DNA from: Phoronis australis
Lineage: Eukaryota > Animalia > Phoronida
DNA: 64,000 nt
Reading direction: 5' to 3'
Assembly (NCBI GenBank): GCA_002633005.1
Contig: NMRA01000260.1
Coordinates: forward strand, 397,907-461,906
Each line of letters begins with the position of its first letter. The first letter of the stretch is position 1. Below are positions 11,807 through 24,061 of the stretch, piece after piece. Both the position numbers and the translations under genes were made by a program. The notes under the pieces were generated by a model, which saw only the letters and a list, made by a program, of their open reading frames with translations, did not search any database and had not been told where the DNA came from.

Positions 11807-13813
11807 GTAAGTTTAAAAGTTGATTAAACGTAATTGTCCTTCGTCTAATTATTAGACACCGCGTATTTTAGCTAACCCTGGAAGTGCAGAAGCACGTTTT
11901 CAAATCCGAAAAATTTCGCCGTATCGTGTGACGTGAATTTTAAGACAGTGTCACTGTCAGTGACCACACCGACACTCTCTGACACTGACATCTCTACTCT
12001 AGCTGGCCCAGAACTGCAATAGAGAACGTCTCTACCGCAAGCTAGCTTTTTGGTGAATTATGCCTCAAGCGGATTGAAAAATCAAAGCCACGTTGGCACT
12101 GGTGGGATATAGTGGTCCCTGATTTAGAGAACCAGGCACTCACTGAATAACGGGCCCGTTATCCAGTGTATGAAACTGGTTCTGGTCAATTCCGCGAAAA
12201 GGTCAACCTCGAGACAAAAAATTAAAACTGTGGCTACACTAACGTTTCTGGTCTCACCTGAAATCCCATTATCTCTAGTTTCAGGACCCGTATTTGACTG
12301 TCCTATAACTTTCAATTTTTTGCCTAAATAGACCCATTTTGGGGGGTCACTTGACCCTAAAAAATTAGCTCGATTTTCATGTGTGTTGCTAATTGTTGTC
12401 AAAAAAGCTAAGTATGGGTATTTCACTATACTATAAAATTTGTGCAATCTCATGAACCCCAAACTTTATAAAAGATAATATTTCAACTTTGGCACATCAT
12501 CGAGCTCTTGGTGCCAAAGGTCAACTCCTGGATATCATGGTGCCATATGTCCATCACAAAAAGTGTTAAAAAGTTTAGTTACGTTAAAAGTTTTGAATCA
12601 AAATTAAAATAATTTCAGATTCTCTTTTAAATTGTTACTCAATATTATCGACCAAAATTTTAGATCCCAGGGATTATTTGTTAAGCCAGAAATTGTGTGA
12701 CAGACGTATAGCAAATTTGTACGTCCGTCACACCCATGAAATTACAATTTTCAGCAAATAAAAGTAACCTTAGGTCATATTTTTTACTTTCTAAACTTAC
12801 AAATAAAATGTATCTCACACCTAAGAACTTTAAAACGATAAAATATTACAAAGGCAGCTTTAAAATCACGTGAAGAAGTTGCTACAGATTTAAACTAAAT
12901 GCATTGGATTTTTCAATTTCAAAAGTATTTGCAGAAAGTTATAGTTTTCAATGTCATCTAGATATTCATAATAGAATTCAACTTATTAAAATCACACAAT
13001 TGGCCCTCATTATAAAATGTAAATAAAACAAAATGGTAATTTAATGAACTTATTGTTAATCTGTTAGTACACCGTGTTTGTAAAGAAATGCTTAGCTTTT
13101 GGGAAATTCAAGATGCAAAAATATTCATACAAAAGAATTCCTAAGGTGCTCTAGAGTATTATAAATAACAAGAGACCTAAAGGAATACATGTCAGTTTGC
13201 TATTGCGCTGGAATCAACATGTTACTTCTCTGACCTGCTATGCTGTGTTTTGTGTTGAAGAAGCCGATACTGGGCATTTTTAAGTGGTAGGAACCTGTCA
13301 CCTACTTTATTGGGCATTTTTGTCACACTCTCACTGACCGTAGTCATCCTTGTTGTGTTTTTCAGTGTGTTGGGATATTGGGTGGCTTGTGTGAAATGAT
13401 TCAAAGCAAATGACTACATTGTTTCATCTTACGTCTTTTTGATCCCTCAATCTTTTTAAGAATTAGACTATTTTTTTTCTGCTTAGCTTCGAGGAGATTA
13501 AACTGGTGTTTAGAAACAATTGAGGAAATTGTTGGAGACCACGGGAAGAACAGATGCCACTGGAATAAGAATAAATACCTGCTCTAATATTCTTTGAAAC
13601 TCGAAAAAAATGCCATGGTGGATGGAGACATTCTTAATAATACTTGCACACACTGTGATGTGACATTATTTCAAGCAGCCTCTCCTTAACTTTAAAAAAA
13701 AGGCATGAGTTAAAGAGCTGGGTGAAAACCTAATCATGTTAATCACTAAATAGAAACCAACATCTGATAAGTTAGTTTACATATTCCTAAATCATAACCC
13801 CAAATGCAATTAA

Positions 13814-14857
13814 TTATGCGCCCACATATTTATATGTGGACGCATTATGCCGTCATCTCCGTCCGGGCGGCGTCCGGCGTCCGCTGCTCTATCTCCAAAA
13901 CCCTTTGACATACGTTCATGAAATTTGGCACATATGTTCCATTCATGAATGGGACGGCATGTGCGAACTTTCGGACGGATCCGACTACCGGTGTGTCCCC
14001 TAGTGGCAATTTTATTTTTTTACGCTTACCTTTGTATCTTGAAAAGTCCTGAACGGATTTTCATGAAATTTGGTATGTAGGCACCTATTAGTGCGATGAC
14101 GCTATTCTCCCGTTTTCGGATGGATTCGACCTAGTTTGCGACACCCAGTGGCCATTTTTACTGTTTTTGAGTCTGTTTTTGGCGTCCACCCCTCTATCAA
14201 CCAAACCGCTATAAGTATGATTGTGAAAATTGGCATGTATGTTTTTACTATGAAGAGGACGATTGACGCTGAATTTCCTATGACTTTGATTACTGTGGCG
14301 CCTCCTAGTAGCAGTTTTTTTTTGCGCCCGTGGCTGTATCTCCCAAACCGTTTGCAGGATCTTTACTAAATTTAGCAAGTGTTTTTATGTGATGTTGACA
14401 ACGGACGATGATGACTTTAGGATGATTCTGACTACCGGTATGCCTCTAGTGGCAATTTTAGTATTTTACATTGACCTCTGTATTTTCATAGGTCTTCAGG
14501 TGTATACTTTGTGTTTCTTCGTGACTATGAAGGAAAAGTTCCAAGTAGAATTTTGTTTCTGGCATTCTAATGCTGTGCTAATCTCGTATGTTGGTAAATT
14601 TGTTTTTAATTCTATGTTTCTGTGGTGCTTTAAGCAACTGATGTATAGGATGTGCTTGTATTATGAAGATCACTCACATTTTGCCCCTAGCCTATTGAGG
14701 AGACAATGACCTTCCCTTTCCATTTTGCAAAGTACAACATACTACATGTCATATATGCCCTCTACTGGCCACTTTATGGTACCAATAAACAACCCTAGAA
14801 GGATACCGTATACGGTGCAATTGTGGGCGCATTTCAACGCTCTGCGTTGCTCTTGTT
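13814..14857 (+). mobile_element. HINE/DINE-1-like non-autonomous Helentron derivative, copy B (RHNO1 intron 1)
   Basis: 5' TTATGCGCCCACA-TATTTATA-TGTGGACGCAT hairpin; CCGT repeats; 3' subTIR TGTGGGCGCAT (14822-14832) followed by the stem-loop CAACGC-TCT-GCGTTG and a TT end. Confidence 0.78.
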
Positions 14858-17111
14858 AAAAAATGCCTTGCTTTCACACTTGAAGACAGCACAGGTGATT
14901 TGAATCGAGATATGAATGCCAAAAGTCAACGCTGTCTACTAAACCATGCTTCACACTTTGTTTTAAGAAGATACTGAAGGCCTGTTACTAATGCTTTTAA
15001 AACATCACCATTATTACTTTCATGGGCATGCATCAGAGCCATCAACAGCATGGTCCAGAGAATAATTTTGTGCAAGCTTAGGGTGAGTTCTAATTTGAAA
15101 AGCAATTAACTAAAATGCATTTTTATGACAGTGATTAGTAATGTTTTTAACTTTATTTCACATTTTATATTTTGACAGTCACATTTTCTTATTGGTTTTG
15201 AATTGGTATTCTATTTAATGCATAAAAACAGGTTTTCCTGATAACTAATAGCTGTCAAAATGATTATCACTCTCATTTCCACAAAAATGGCTTACCATCT
15301 TTAAAGGGAAGTAAAGATTTTAGGCGCTTGTTTTATAGAACTCTAAATCAGGGACCGCCGTAAACGACCAGTGTCAGCCACATTGTTATAAGTACCTTTC
15401 CCGCACATAGGGACACCCAATCTCTTTAATTCTTTCCAACTCAAACATATACTCCCGTAATAAATTAACTTTTTCTTTGAGCTGTCAGTTGCCCATCATC
15501 AACTTGCCATTTTTAGTGCTGCATTTGCTCCTGGTGGGTGCAGTAAAAGTAGATAAAAAGTGACATTCATTACATTGTTTTTCAACACTTTAACGTCTAT
15601 ATCTGGTAAGTGTCGTTTGATTTGATAATTTTGCATGCACCCCGTTCTTTTGTTAGGTCTTCATATTGAAGTTTCATGACATAGGTGATGAACTGAACTA
15701 CCCGGGTGTTATGAAATTATGAGGTCTGTATATATCATGTGAAGTTAACACACAGCGATTCCTAACTGGCAGGTTAAACTTATGAATAACTACTAGTAGG
15801 CTATATGCAACCTTTTGGAAAAAATATTTGATTTATTGAATTGGCAAAAATTGCCTAATTGGTTATGTTGTATTTCATGGTGCTGAAAGTCAGTCTTATC
15901 CCTCCATAAATTTAGAAGCAGTACAAAATACTAATTTTATAGCACCGGTAACCTATTAGCTCTACTCAAATAAAAGCGTAGTTTTTGATGATGTTAACTT
16001 TTGAGTCAGATGTTATTTCGCCAGTTTCCCCCATATTAGTCCAACTCCAAAGTTCTATTTTCAAACAGTTACTACCAAGGCTGTCTCACAGGCACACCTT
16101 GTACTATACTAATACTTTATATGCAGTGCATCGCCTATGAATGTCGTAGGAATGCAGTATAGAGATAGCGTTGTAATATAGCTGGGCGGTCCTTGCATTA
16201 GAGAAACAATCAATCACCGAATAATGGTCCTGTTATTCAGTGGAGGATGATGGTTCTTTCTAGAAAGATACCTTTATCCAGATATTTGTTTCTTTTTGTG
16301 AATGAACTATTGAAGAAATGAAAGTTTGTTTTTATCTCCTATAAAAAGTACATACAACATTTGCACATAGTACTAGAAAATGTGAATATGGACCCTCTGC
16401 ATTTCCTCCAAGTCTGAGACTGGGGCCCAGAGACTCAGCCATTTTGAATGTAATTGACTCAGTGTAGTTGCCCATTGTTGGATTTGGGAAATACCTATTA
16501 AGTGATCAAACACTGAAAAATAATAAAAAGTGTTAAAAATGAACGTTTTGTCAGTTTTCATTCAATTTTTTCCTGTCTTCTGAAGTATGAACAACTTATT
16601 GTTTTTTAATATTTTTTTAATTCTATACTTGACTAGGAGCCAAAATCACAAGCACACAAATTATGTGGTCAAAACAATTTTCGTGTCATTGGTCATCATC
16701 CCCTTGAAAAACTTGGTTTCCCTATTTTTGAAATCTTGGATGAACTTTTGCGATGAAACCCAAAAAACACCCCCCCCCATTTACTGTCAAGTGTAACCAG
16801 ATCTATGTCAGGCAAAAAATTAAATGTAGTTGATATTTCTTCATCAGAGACTTACCTAAAAATAACAATTTATACTATAATTTGTTGATATTACGGTATG
16901 TAACTGTTTGTGTATGAATTTAGCTGCTGTACTAACTTCATCCTGGGTGAACCAAAAAACAGAAATCTTAAAAATTTCGTGCAAAATTCTCAATTCTAAA
17001 ATAATTACCTTAATAATTCCTTTCTTGACAGGAATGAGGAAACAAAAATGTGCCACCTGAAATTTTCTGCCATTAATGCTCTCTATCCACCGTCACCTTT
17101 GATTTGCAGAA

Positions 17112-20100
17112 ATGCCTCCAAGACGTCGAAAAAAATCTAATCAGCATCGCAAGCGCCCATTAGCATTCGCTGAGAGCCCTGTCAACATCTACCATGATAT
17201 TCCATCTCCCATTGCTTCGGCTAAGAACCCACCAACAGCAGACGTTGTTCCATTTGATGACACAAAGCCATGGGTAAATATTTGTCGGAAATGTTCTTAC
17301 AAATAATTTTTCTTAAATATGACAATGCTGTAGTTATTGTAGATGCAAAACGATGTTTTGATTTATAGTGTTTTGATGTTTGTTGTAGCTCAAAAAATTA
17401 GTTTTGGGTATTGGATTTAAAACTCATAACAGCTTTGTGGATGCGTGTCATATTCAAGCGTTCCTCATGCTTTCTATATTGTTAAAATGACATACATTCT
17501 AGGGAGACTAAATGTAAAATATAAAGTTGCTTTCAAGCAAGTAGTAGGGTATGCCAAGTCTTTACTGTGAAAATATAAGAGCAGATATTGTGTGGTACTT
17601 GTGATAAAATCTGACCTATTTCAGTCAAAAATAACACGAAAACTTATCTTTTCAGTCTTTAAAAGCATCAAACACTGCTGTGGATGCCCACTTATCAAAG
17701 CATTAGGTGTTTGATGGCAGCCATGGTGTTGAACAAAATCGATATTCCTGTTACCCTGCCGACCATTGTGTATTTTTGTAATCAAAGCACTGTCCACACT
17801 GAAGCAATTGTAACTTTCAAAACCAATTTAGAGGTTGTTACTGTTTCTTGGTTACCGGGTATGGCTTTCTGTGAGGGTGGTTTAGCAAAAGGTTTTAACT
17901 GTTTAACTTTGAGTGAACACAGCAATTGCAGAAGTCAATCTGTAGGTGGCGTTGCTGTCAAATCTCTTTCGAAACAATGGCACACCGAGGTATTACCTCG
18001 TGTGAATCAGAACACGATAGCACTGACAACTAGCATCTAAAAACCACAAATTAGGGTTACAACAGGTCTGACTGTCTGCGTGACCTTTAATAATTAGATA
18101 ACAGTTGTAACTGTAGAAAGAGTTATAACCAAATTTAGTCTGAATACAGCTTAAGAAGTCATTTTATGCTCAGTTTAAGCTCATTAGTTGTCTCAGGTGA
18201 CGCTGTTATTTGTGATTAGCAATACACTGTATCTACTATTAATTTGGCCCAATAAACTCAGTTCCCTTTTTCATAAACATGGCTCCCCGACCACCAAAGT
18301 TGGTTCCGGCCTAAAAACATGACTGAGGCACACAGAAACAACTTCTGGCTCAGAAACATGGCTCACTAAGTACCCATGAGTCTGCACCGTGTTTGTGAGT
18401 GGGAAGGTTTTTAGGATGGGTAAGCCGTCTTTTTTCAATCTGGTCACGAGTTTGGGTACTCGTAGCATGCATTGTGATGAACTAAATATTTGCCAGTGCC
18501 TGGTCGCATGAAGAAATCCCAAATAGGGAATCAACTAGGTCCCCAAAATCTACTGTGTATTTGTGGGCTTTGAAAACATCGATTGTCCTTTCTTACGCCG
18601 TTTCAGTCTCATTACTAAGTCAATTTTTGGCTTTGATACAAATCGAGAGTGAACTCTACATTGAATTCTGAATACTATTGAAAATAAGTAGGGATATTTT
18701 CATGCAAGTAAGACTAGTTCTATTATTAGAAAAAGCCATTCGTCAAAGAGGAACTCATAATAAAGAAAAAAAGCCATTCGTCAAAGAGGAACTCATAATA
18801 AAGAAAAAAAAGCCATTCGTCAAAGAGGAACTCATAATAAAAAAAGCCATTCGTCAAAGAGGAACTCATAACAAAGAAAAAATTACATGAAGTTGTTACA
18901 TCTGTAAGTAATGAATAAAACAAATCTGCAAAAGATGTAGGGAACTTAGTCGAGTCCCTATTTGGGACTGTTTCACGCAACCGGGCACAGGTCACCCAGT
19001 TTTCCACCGAACATATCTTTGATAATACAGCAATCTTGTTGAGAAATCTTCCGTATTATTATAGGCTTACCAATCCTAGAGAGAATGTGTGTAACTTGAT
19101 ATATGTAGGACCTTGCAGACATGTCTGTACTGGGTAAATTATCTACAAAACTTTAACCCAGTAAAAGTATATATTTTCTGTAAGTGGAAAGGCTGTGCGA
19201 TTTGATTTTTGGTGTTTTAACTGTTAATTGGGTCTTGTGATCGTGTCTTTTGAGTAAAATTTACCAAAAAAAACAAAAGTACATTGATAGCAAAACAAAA
19301 GTTATCAATATAAATGTTCCAAGATGAAATCTCAAAAACTCTGTTACAGTTTTCTAAATTACTATCTCATTTTGAGCTTATGCAACTTTTGATTTTTTCT
19401 TTAAAATCATAAATTTGAAAGTCATATTATTGATAGCCTCTTATCTGAAGTTGTAGCATTTGAAAAGAATTCCTAACATATTCTTGGGAACAGTACAAAA
19501 GGCTCAGTACATGTAAGTTATATATAGATCCTATCAACCATGTCTGAGATATGTTTCAGAGTTAGCCAGATTTGAAAATTTTCTGGGTTCCTGCATATCC
19601 TTAAATATTTTGTTATTATACTTTCTGGCTTAGGCATTGAACACAATAGTTTGATATTTTGCGGATTTGCATGGCTGTTGTCTTAGAATATTCACCAACT
19701 TTCATCCCATTTGCTCTCAGATTTCGCCGCAATTTCAACAGCAATATCCAGGTGACGTAGTGCGTCGTAGAATCACCAGAAGTCGCTCTAGAACTGCACG
19801 ACAAGCCAATGTCAACTACACGTCGTTGAGCATCAGTGAGACAGCAGTACAGAAAAATGCAAAACAAAAATACAGTGCGTTAAAGTTTCTTGGAGAGACG
19901 ACCGAGATTGATTCACCGATAATTGAAATATCATATTATGGTCAGGAGAATGAAAATGTGAACAGCGCTGATCTTGAAGATGGTATTTTGACTCGAGAAA
20001 AAGACAATAATGATAAAGATATCAATAAAAAGTTTCATGCATCCATGGACAATACTCGGACATCTAGTGCTGATCGTGTACAACTAGCTACGCAGGAGAA

Positions 20101-20530
20101 AAGTGGTTTGTGCTGCAACAAACGGACCAGGTTAATTGATGGTTCTGGTGTGACAGATTGTAAAATTGACTGTACTCGAGAAATTACATCCTGTGTGATG
20201 ACGACTTGTCATAAGGACCACCCGTTGAGCTGTGACCAGCTGGTAAACTCACCATTAAGTCATTTAAGTGAAAATGATCAGAATAGACGAACTCGTGCTA
20301 AGCGCTTGTTCAGTAGCCAGCGTTTTGTCAATAGTGCCCAGTGCCGTAGTTCTCCAAGACTTGTGGCAGAGCGTCAATTTTTCAACTTATTACAACAAAC
20401 TCCTGTTGCCCAGTTCCGTGATTTTAAGGTTTTAGTGGAAGATACTCCCGACTCTGAAAAAGGATTGTCTGTGCTGGAGAGGAGACATTTGCGTGTGTCA
20501 AAGAGAGCTGGGTGGGCACTGAAGATATGA
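17112..20530 (+). CDS. RHNO1: RAD9-HUS1-RAD1-interacting nuclear orphan protein 1 (RHINO)-like, join(17112..17273,19721..20530), 323 aa
   Basis: N-terminus MPPRRRKK...RPLAFAESP (human MPPRKKRR...APLLFHQQP); the splice creates PW|ISPQF (human SWVSPDF); KYSALKF at 19868-19888 (KYxxL-type 9-1-1-binding motif); C-terminal VLVEDTPDSEKGLSVLERR (human VLVKDTPEDKYGIKVTWRRR). Phase-0 GT-AG intron; head-to-head with FOXM1. Confidence 0.85.
18330..19000 (+). mobile_element. Dispersed repeat; inverted diverged copy at ~23350-23710
   Basis: TAGGGAACTTAGTCGAGTCCCTATTTGGGACTGTTTCAC matches the reverse complement of GTGAAACAGTCCCAAATAAGGACTCAACTAAGTTCCCTA; AAGTCAATTTTTGGCTTTGATACAAATC matches likewise. Boundaries are approximate. 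Confidence 0.6.
18730..18882. repeat. ~38-bp tandem repeat (4 copies)
   Basis: AAAAGCCATTCGTCAAAGAGGAACTCATAATAAAG with a variable A-tract. Confidence 0.9.
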
Positions 20531-22865
20531 CACTGTCACCAGTAATTCTCCATCGATTTATCATAAAATGTACAAAAGGAATCATGAATAACAAGAAAGT
20601 TCTGGTTTAAAACTAGCTTGGTTTGTACTGTGTAGATGTCATAAAACCACATTTGTGTAGTTCCTGTTATTGACATCAAGGTGAACAGCCTCTGAGAAAA
20701 TGAACAATGACAGGTTTGACTTGTATGTTTGTGTAAAATAAGTGAAGAATTACCGTGGGTTTGACATGATGTCACTCCGATGTTACGCGACACTGGTAAC
20801 AATTTTTTTTTCTAAGGTTCTGTGTAAACTTGGCAGAAAGTGTGTAAAGTTAGCTGCAATTCTAACAATTTAACTGCAACTCAACCAAACTACAGGATTT
20901 AACTCAGTGCTCCATAATGTGGTTATTTTTGGAAGTTCATTTGGAATTTATTTTTGGATGTACCACCAATCTGCCACTGTGTCATGCATTGTAACTGTTT
21001 TTTAGTACAAATGGAAGGAATAGTTATAAGAAAAGTTGGATCATTATATTTTATTACTTGGCGAAATTTATTTCGCCAAGTATGTTGTTCTTTCATCACG
21101 AAATTTACACATAACACATAGCTCTGGAAGTACTGGAAGCCTATTGTTTTTCGTCAAAATCGAATACAAGATGGTGGCTGTGGCGGCCATTTTGTTTTCA
21201 TTTTAAGATTCAAAGGCTTCTGGAGGCTACAATTTTTTATGTACAGGGCTGACAATCAGCAGAATTATTGGACCGGATGTGCACTACATGTATACCGGAA
21301 ATTGTTCACTTCCGCTTAAAGATGGCGGAAATATAGGCACTCGCACATGCGCACCTCGATTTCAGGAAAAAAGTTTTCTCCTGTAGAGGGCGCATTATAG
21401 GGCCAATTCCTTCGAATATTTGCAGATATTAGTTTCTTATGACATGCTATTATACAAAGCCAAAAAACCGGAAGTTGCTTTCAAGATGGTGGATCTGGCG
21501 CATGTTGACCCATTTTCAGTCGTGGTGAGATGCCATTTTAATGGGAGAAGGAAATGACGTGAATTTTTGCATGTGGATTCTTTGAGGTATATTCTTTCAA
21601 ATGAATTCTAACAATTTTTTTCTCAGACTTACTGTTTTCGAGTTATTTGACTTTGAATTTCTTAAACAAACGCAAAATTTCATTTTTTTTCAAAAAATTT
21701 ACGGAATTAGGCGATACCATCAGTTTAGATAGAATTTTGAACGGGTTTTCAGGAGATGTTTTCCATTTTTTGCTAGGACGTCTACTTTTTGAATTATTTG
21801 AGATTTTCTGATAACGCTGTTCCTTTGTTGAGTGCTCTTGCTGCATTGATGTTGGTTTATCTTCTATTGAACTAGGCTGTAGCCTATTTCTTATTGATTT
21901 ATGACATCTAAGTTCGTCATATGAATGTTGTGATGTTATCATCATCGCCGCCACCATCATCATATTCGTCATCATCTTCGTCATCATCTCCGTCGTTGTC
22001 TTTTCCGTTAATTTCGCCAAGTGTCGCTCAAGACTGTAGCCTTTTTCTTACTGATTTCGGACTTCTACGTTCGTCATGTGTATGTTATTATTACTTCTTT
22101 TGTTCATCCTCGCCACCATCGTCGTCATAATCGTCATCTTCGTCATCATCTTTATCGTCATCTTTTTGGGTAATTTCGCCAAGTTTCGCTCCTCAAAGCG
22201 CTTTCATTTTTACCTTGTCTTGACGAGGTCACGACCATAACTCAATTGTTTCCCCGAGTCTGTCTTGCGTTTATCTTGTGTTTGGCGCTTTATCTATGAA
22301 AAGAAACACCGAGTCCCGCATTAAGAAAATTTCTGTTGAAAATACTAATGGGAAACACACGGAAGGCTGTAATTTTTCGCTGTAGCACGACTGACGTGCT
22401 CTGGTTTAATTAGATCATGCTTTTTGACATCCGACTGTGACATTGATGTTACATGCCCGACACCAACTTGTGTGTTTACGAAAGTTCTTATAAATGTCTT
22501 GTCTTTTGCAAATGCCCTTGTCAATGGCTAAAAACTCCTGACGACGTGTCCGGATTTTATCCATGAATATTTTTTGTTTAGGCCCCCATACACAAAACAG
22601 CCAAGTCTGTGCTTTGGATATCGCGCATTCAAAGTTGTGTAGATATTGAACAGCTGCAGCCGAATGGGATGGAGCCAAAGTAGAGCTGGTTACAAAGCTA
22701 ACTGAACATAACTAAGTCGCAAACCGTGTGATCCCAACGGAGGCTGCATCGTGCACGGGAGATTTTATGGTTCTCCGTCTAGTCGATTGACTATCGTCAG
22801 ACAATAAGTTTGGCAGCCGCTTACCTGCACCCTGGCGAATGATTGAAAGCTTCATGCAACTGTTC

Positions 22866-23099
22866 TCCCGCGTGAGAATTTTACACGTTTGACACGCTCC
22901 TGAGCGTGTCAAATGTGTAATACGTGTCAAAATTGTCACGCTTACGTGTAAAAGGTGTAAAAACATGACATTAGCGTGTCAAACGTGTAAAATTTTACAC
23001 ACTAGCGTGTCAAACGTATAATAATGTGCCACGCAAGCGTGTCAAATGGGTAAAATTTGCCACGCTAGCGTGTCAAACGTGTAAAATTCTCACCCGGGA
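22866..23099. mobile_element. MITE with 33-bp TIRs and internal ~30-bp tandem repeats of the TIR motif
   Basis: TCCCGCGTGAGAATTTTACACGTTTGACACGCT / AGCGTGTCAAACGTGTAAAATTCTCACCCGGGA (1 mismatch). Confidence 0.75.
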
Positions 23100-23841
23100 A
23101 GTTTCCATAATTTGCAGTCAAGTAGTCAGCTTTGAAAAAAAGAAAATTTTACAATTTTATTATTTACTTTTCTGAAAAATAAATGAATAATTACTGTAAC
23201 TATAAGAAAGGCAATTACCTTAGACACATGGAAAAAACATCCCAGGTTTTAGTCTAATGCCCACCCCCAATTTAGCAACAAATCTTTTAACGCCTATTCT
23301 CGCTTGAACATCCGGCCCCCTTAATTGGGAGAATTTTTCAATTCTGATGCCAGTGCTCCGTTGTGTGAAACAGTCCCAAATAAGGACTCAACTAAGTTCC
23401 CTAAATATTTTTGGTATTTGTTTCGTTCCCTTAGCAAAGATGCAATATTTTCTTAGTCCTTAGTACATTAGGGGCATTGCATGAAAAGATCCCATCCTAT
23501 TTTCAATAATATTGAGAAATCAATTTGATTTGTATCAAAGTCAAAAATTGACTTAGTTATGAGAGTAAAAGAGCATATGAGGGGACATTATATTTTTCGC
23601 AGGCCCTCAAATACGGCATAGATTTTTTGAACTTGCAACCCAACACTGCGGGGTTTATTACATGAAAAGTGACTTCAGAGTTTTGAGTCAGAAATTGGGC
23701 CTTGTGCTCCATTCGGCTATTGCTGAAAAATAATTAAAGTGAATCTCACTTGAGCAGAAGTGCACAAAGTATCTGAGAATAGAACATAACTGTTAGTTAC
23801 TGAAATACTTTCCATCTGGAAATCATTTCTAAACTTTGATG

Positions 23842-24061
23842 TACCGTAAACCCCGCGGGTTAACACCTTGGGCGCTTAAATTGGGAAACCCTAAGACAGG
23901 AGGGTGGGCTATTACCCAAGCAGTGGGCACTTAAACTGAAAAATTGGCAAAAAGTCAGCGGTGGGCGATTCCCAAGCAGTGAGCGCTTAAACCAAAAATT
24001 GACCATAAGTCGGGGATGGGCAATTACCTGGGCATGGGCGTTAACCCACGAGTTTGCGGTA
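23842..24061. mobile_element. TA-flanked MITE (Tc1/mariner-type ends), second copy at 27648-27808
   Basis: TACCGTAAACCCCGCGGGTTAAC ... GTTAACCCACGAGTTTGCGGTA; internal ~49-bp repeats containing CCCAAGCAGTG. Confidence 0.75.

Noticed and set aside
21643-22200. ORFs rich in Met/Thr/Ser
   Set aside because: They derive from a duplicated degenerate (TCA/TCG)n tract; no domain or splice support.
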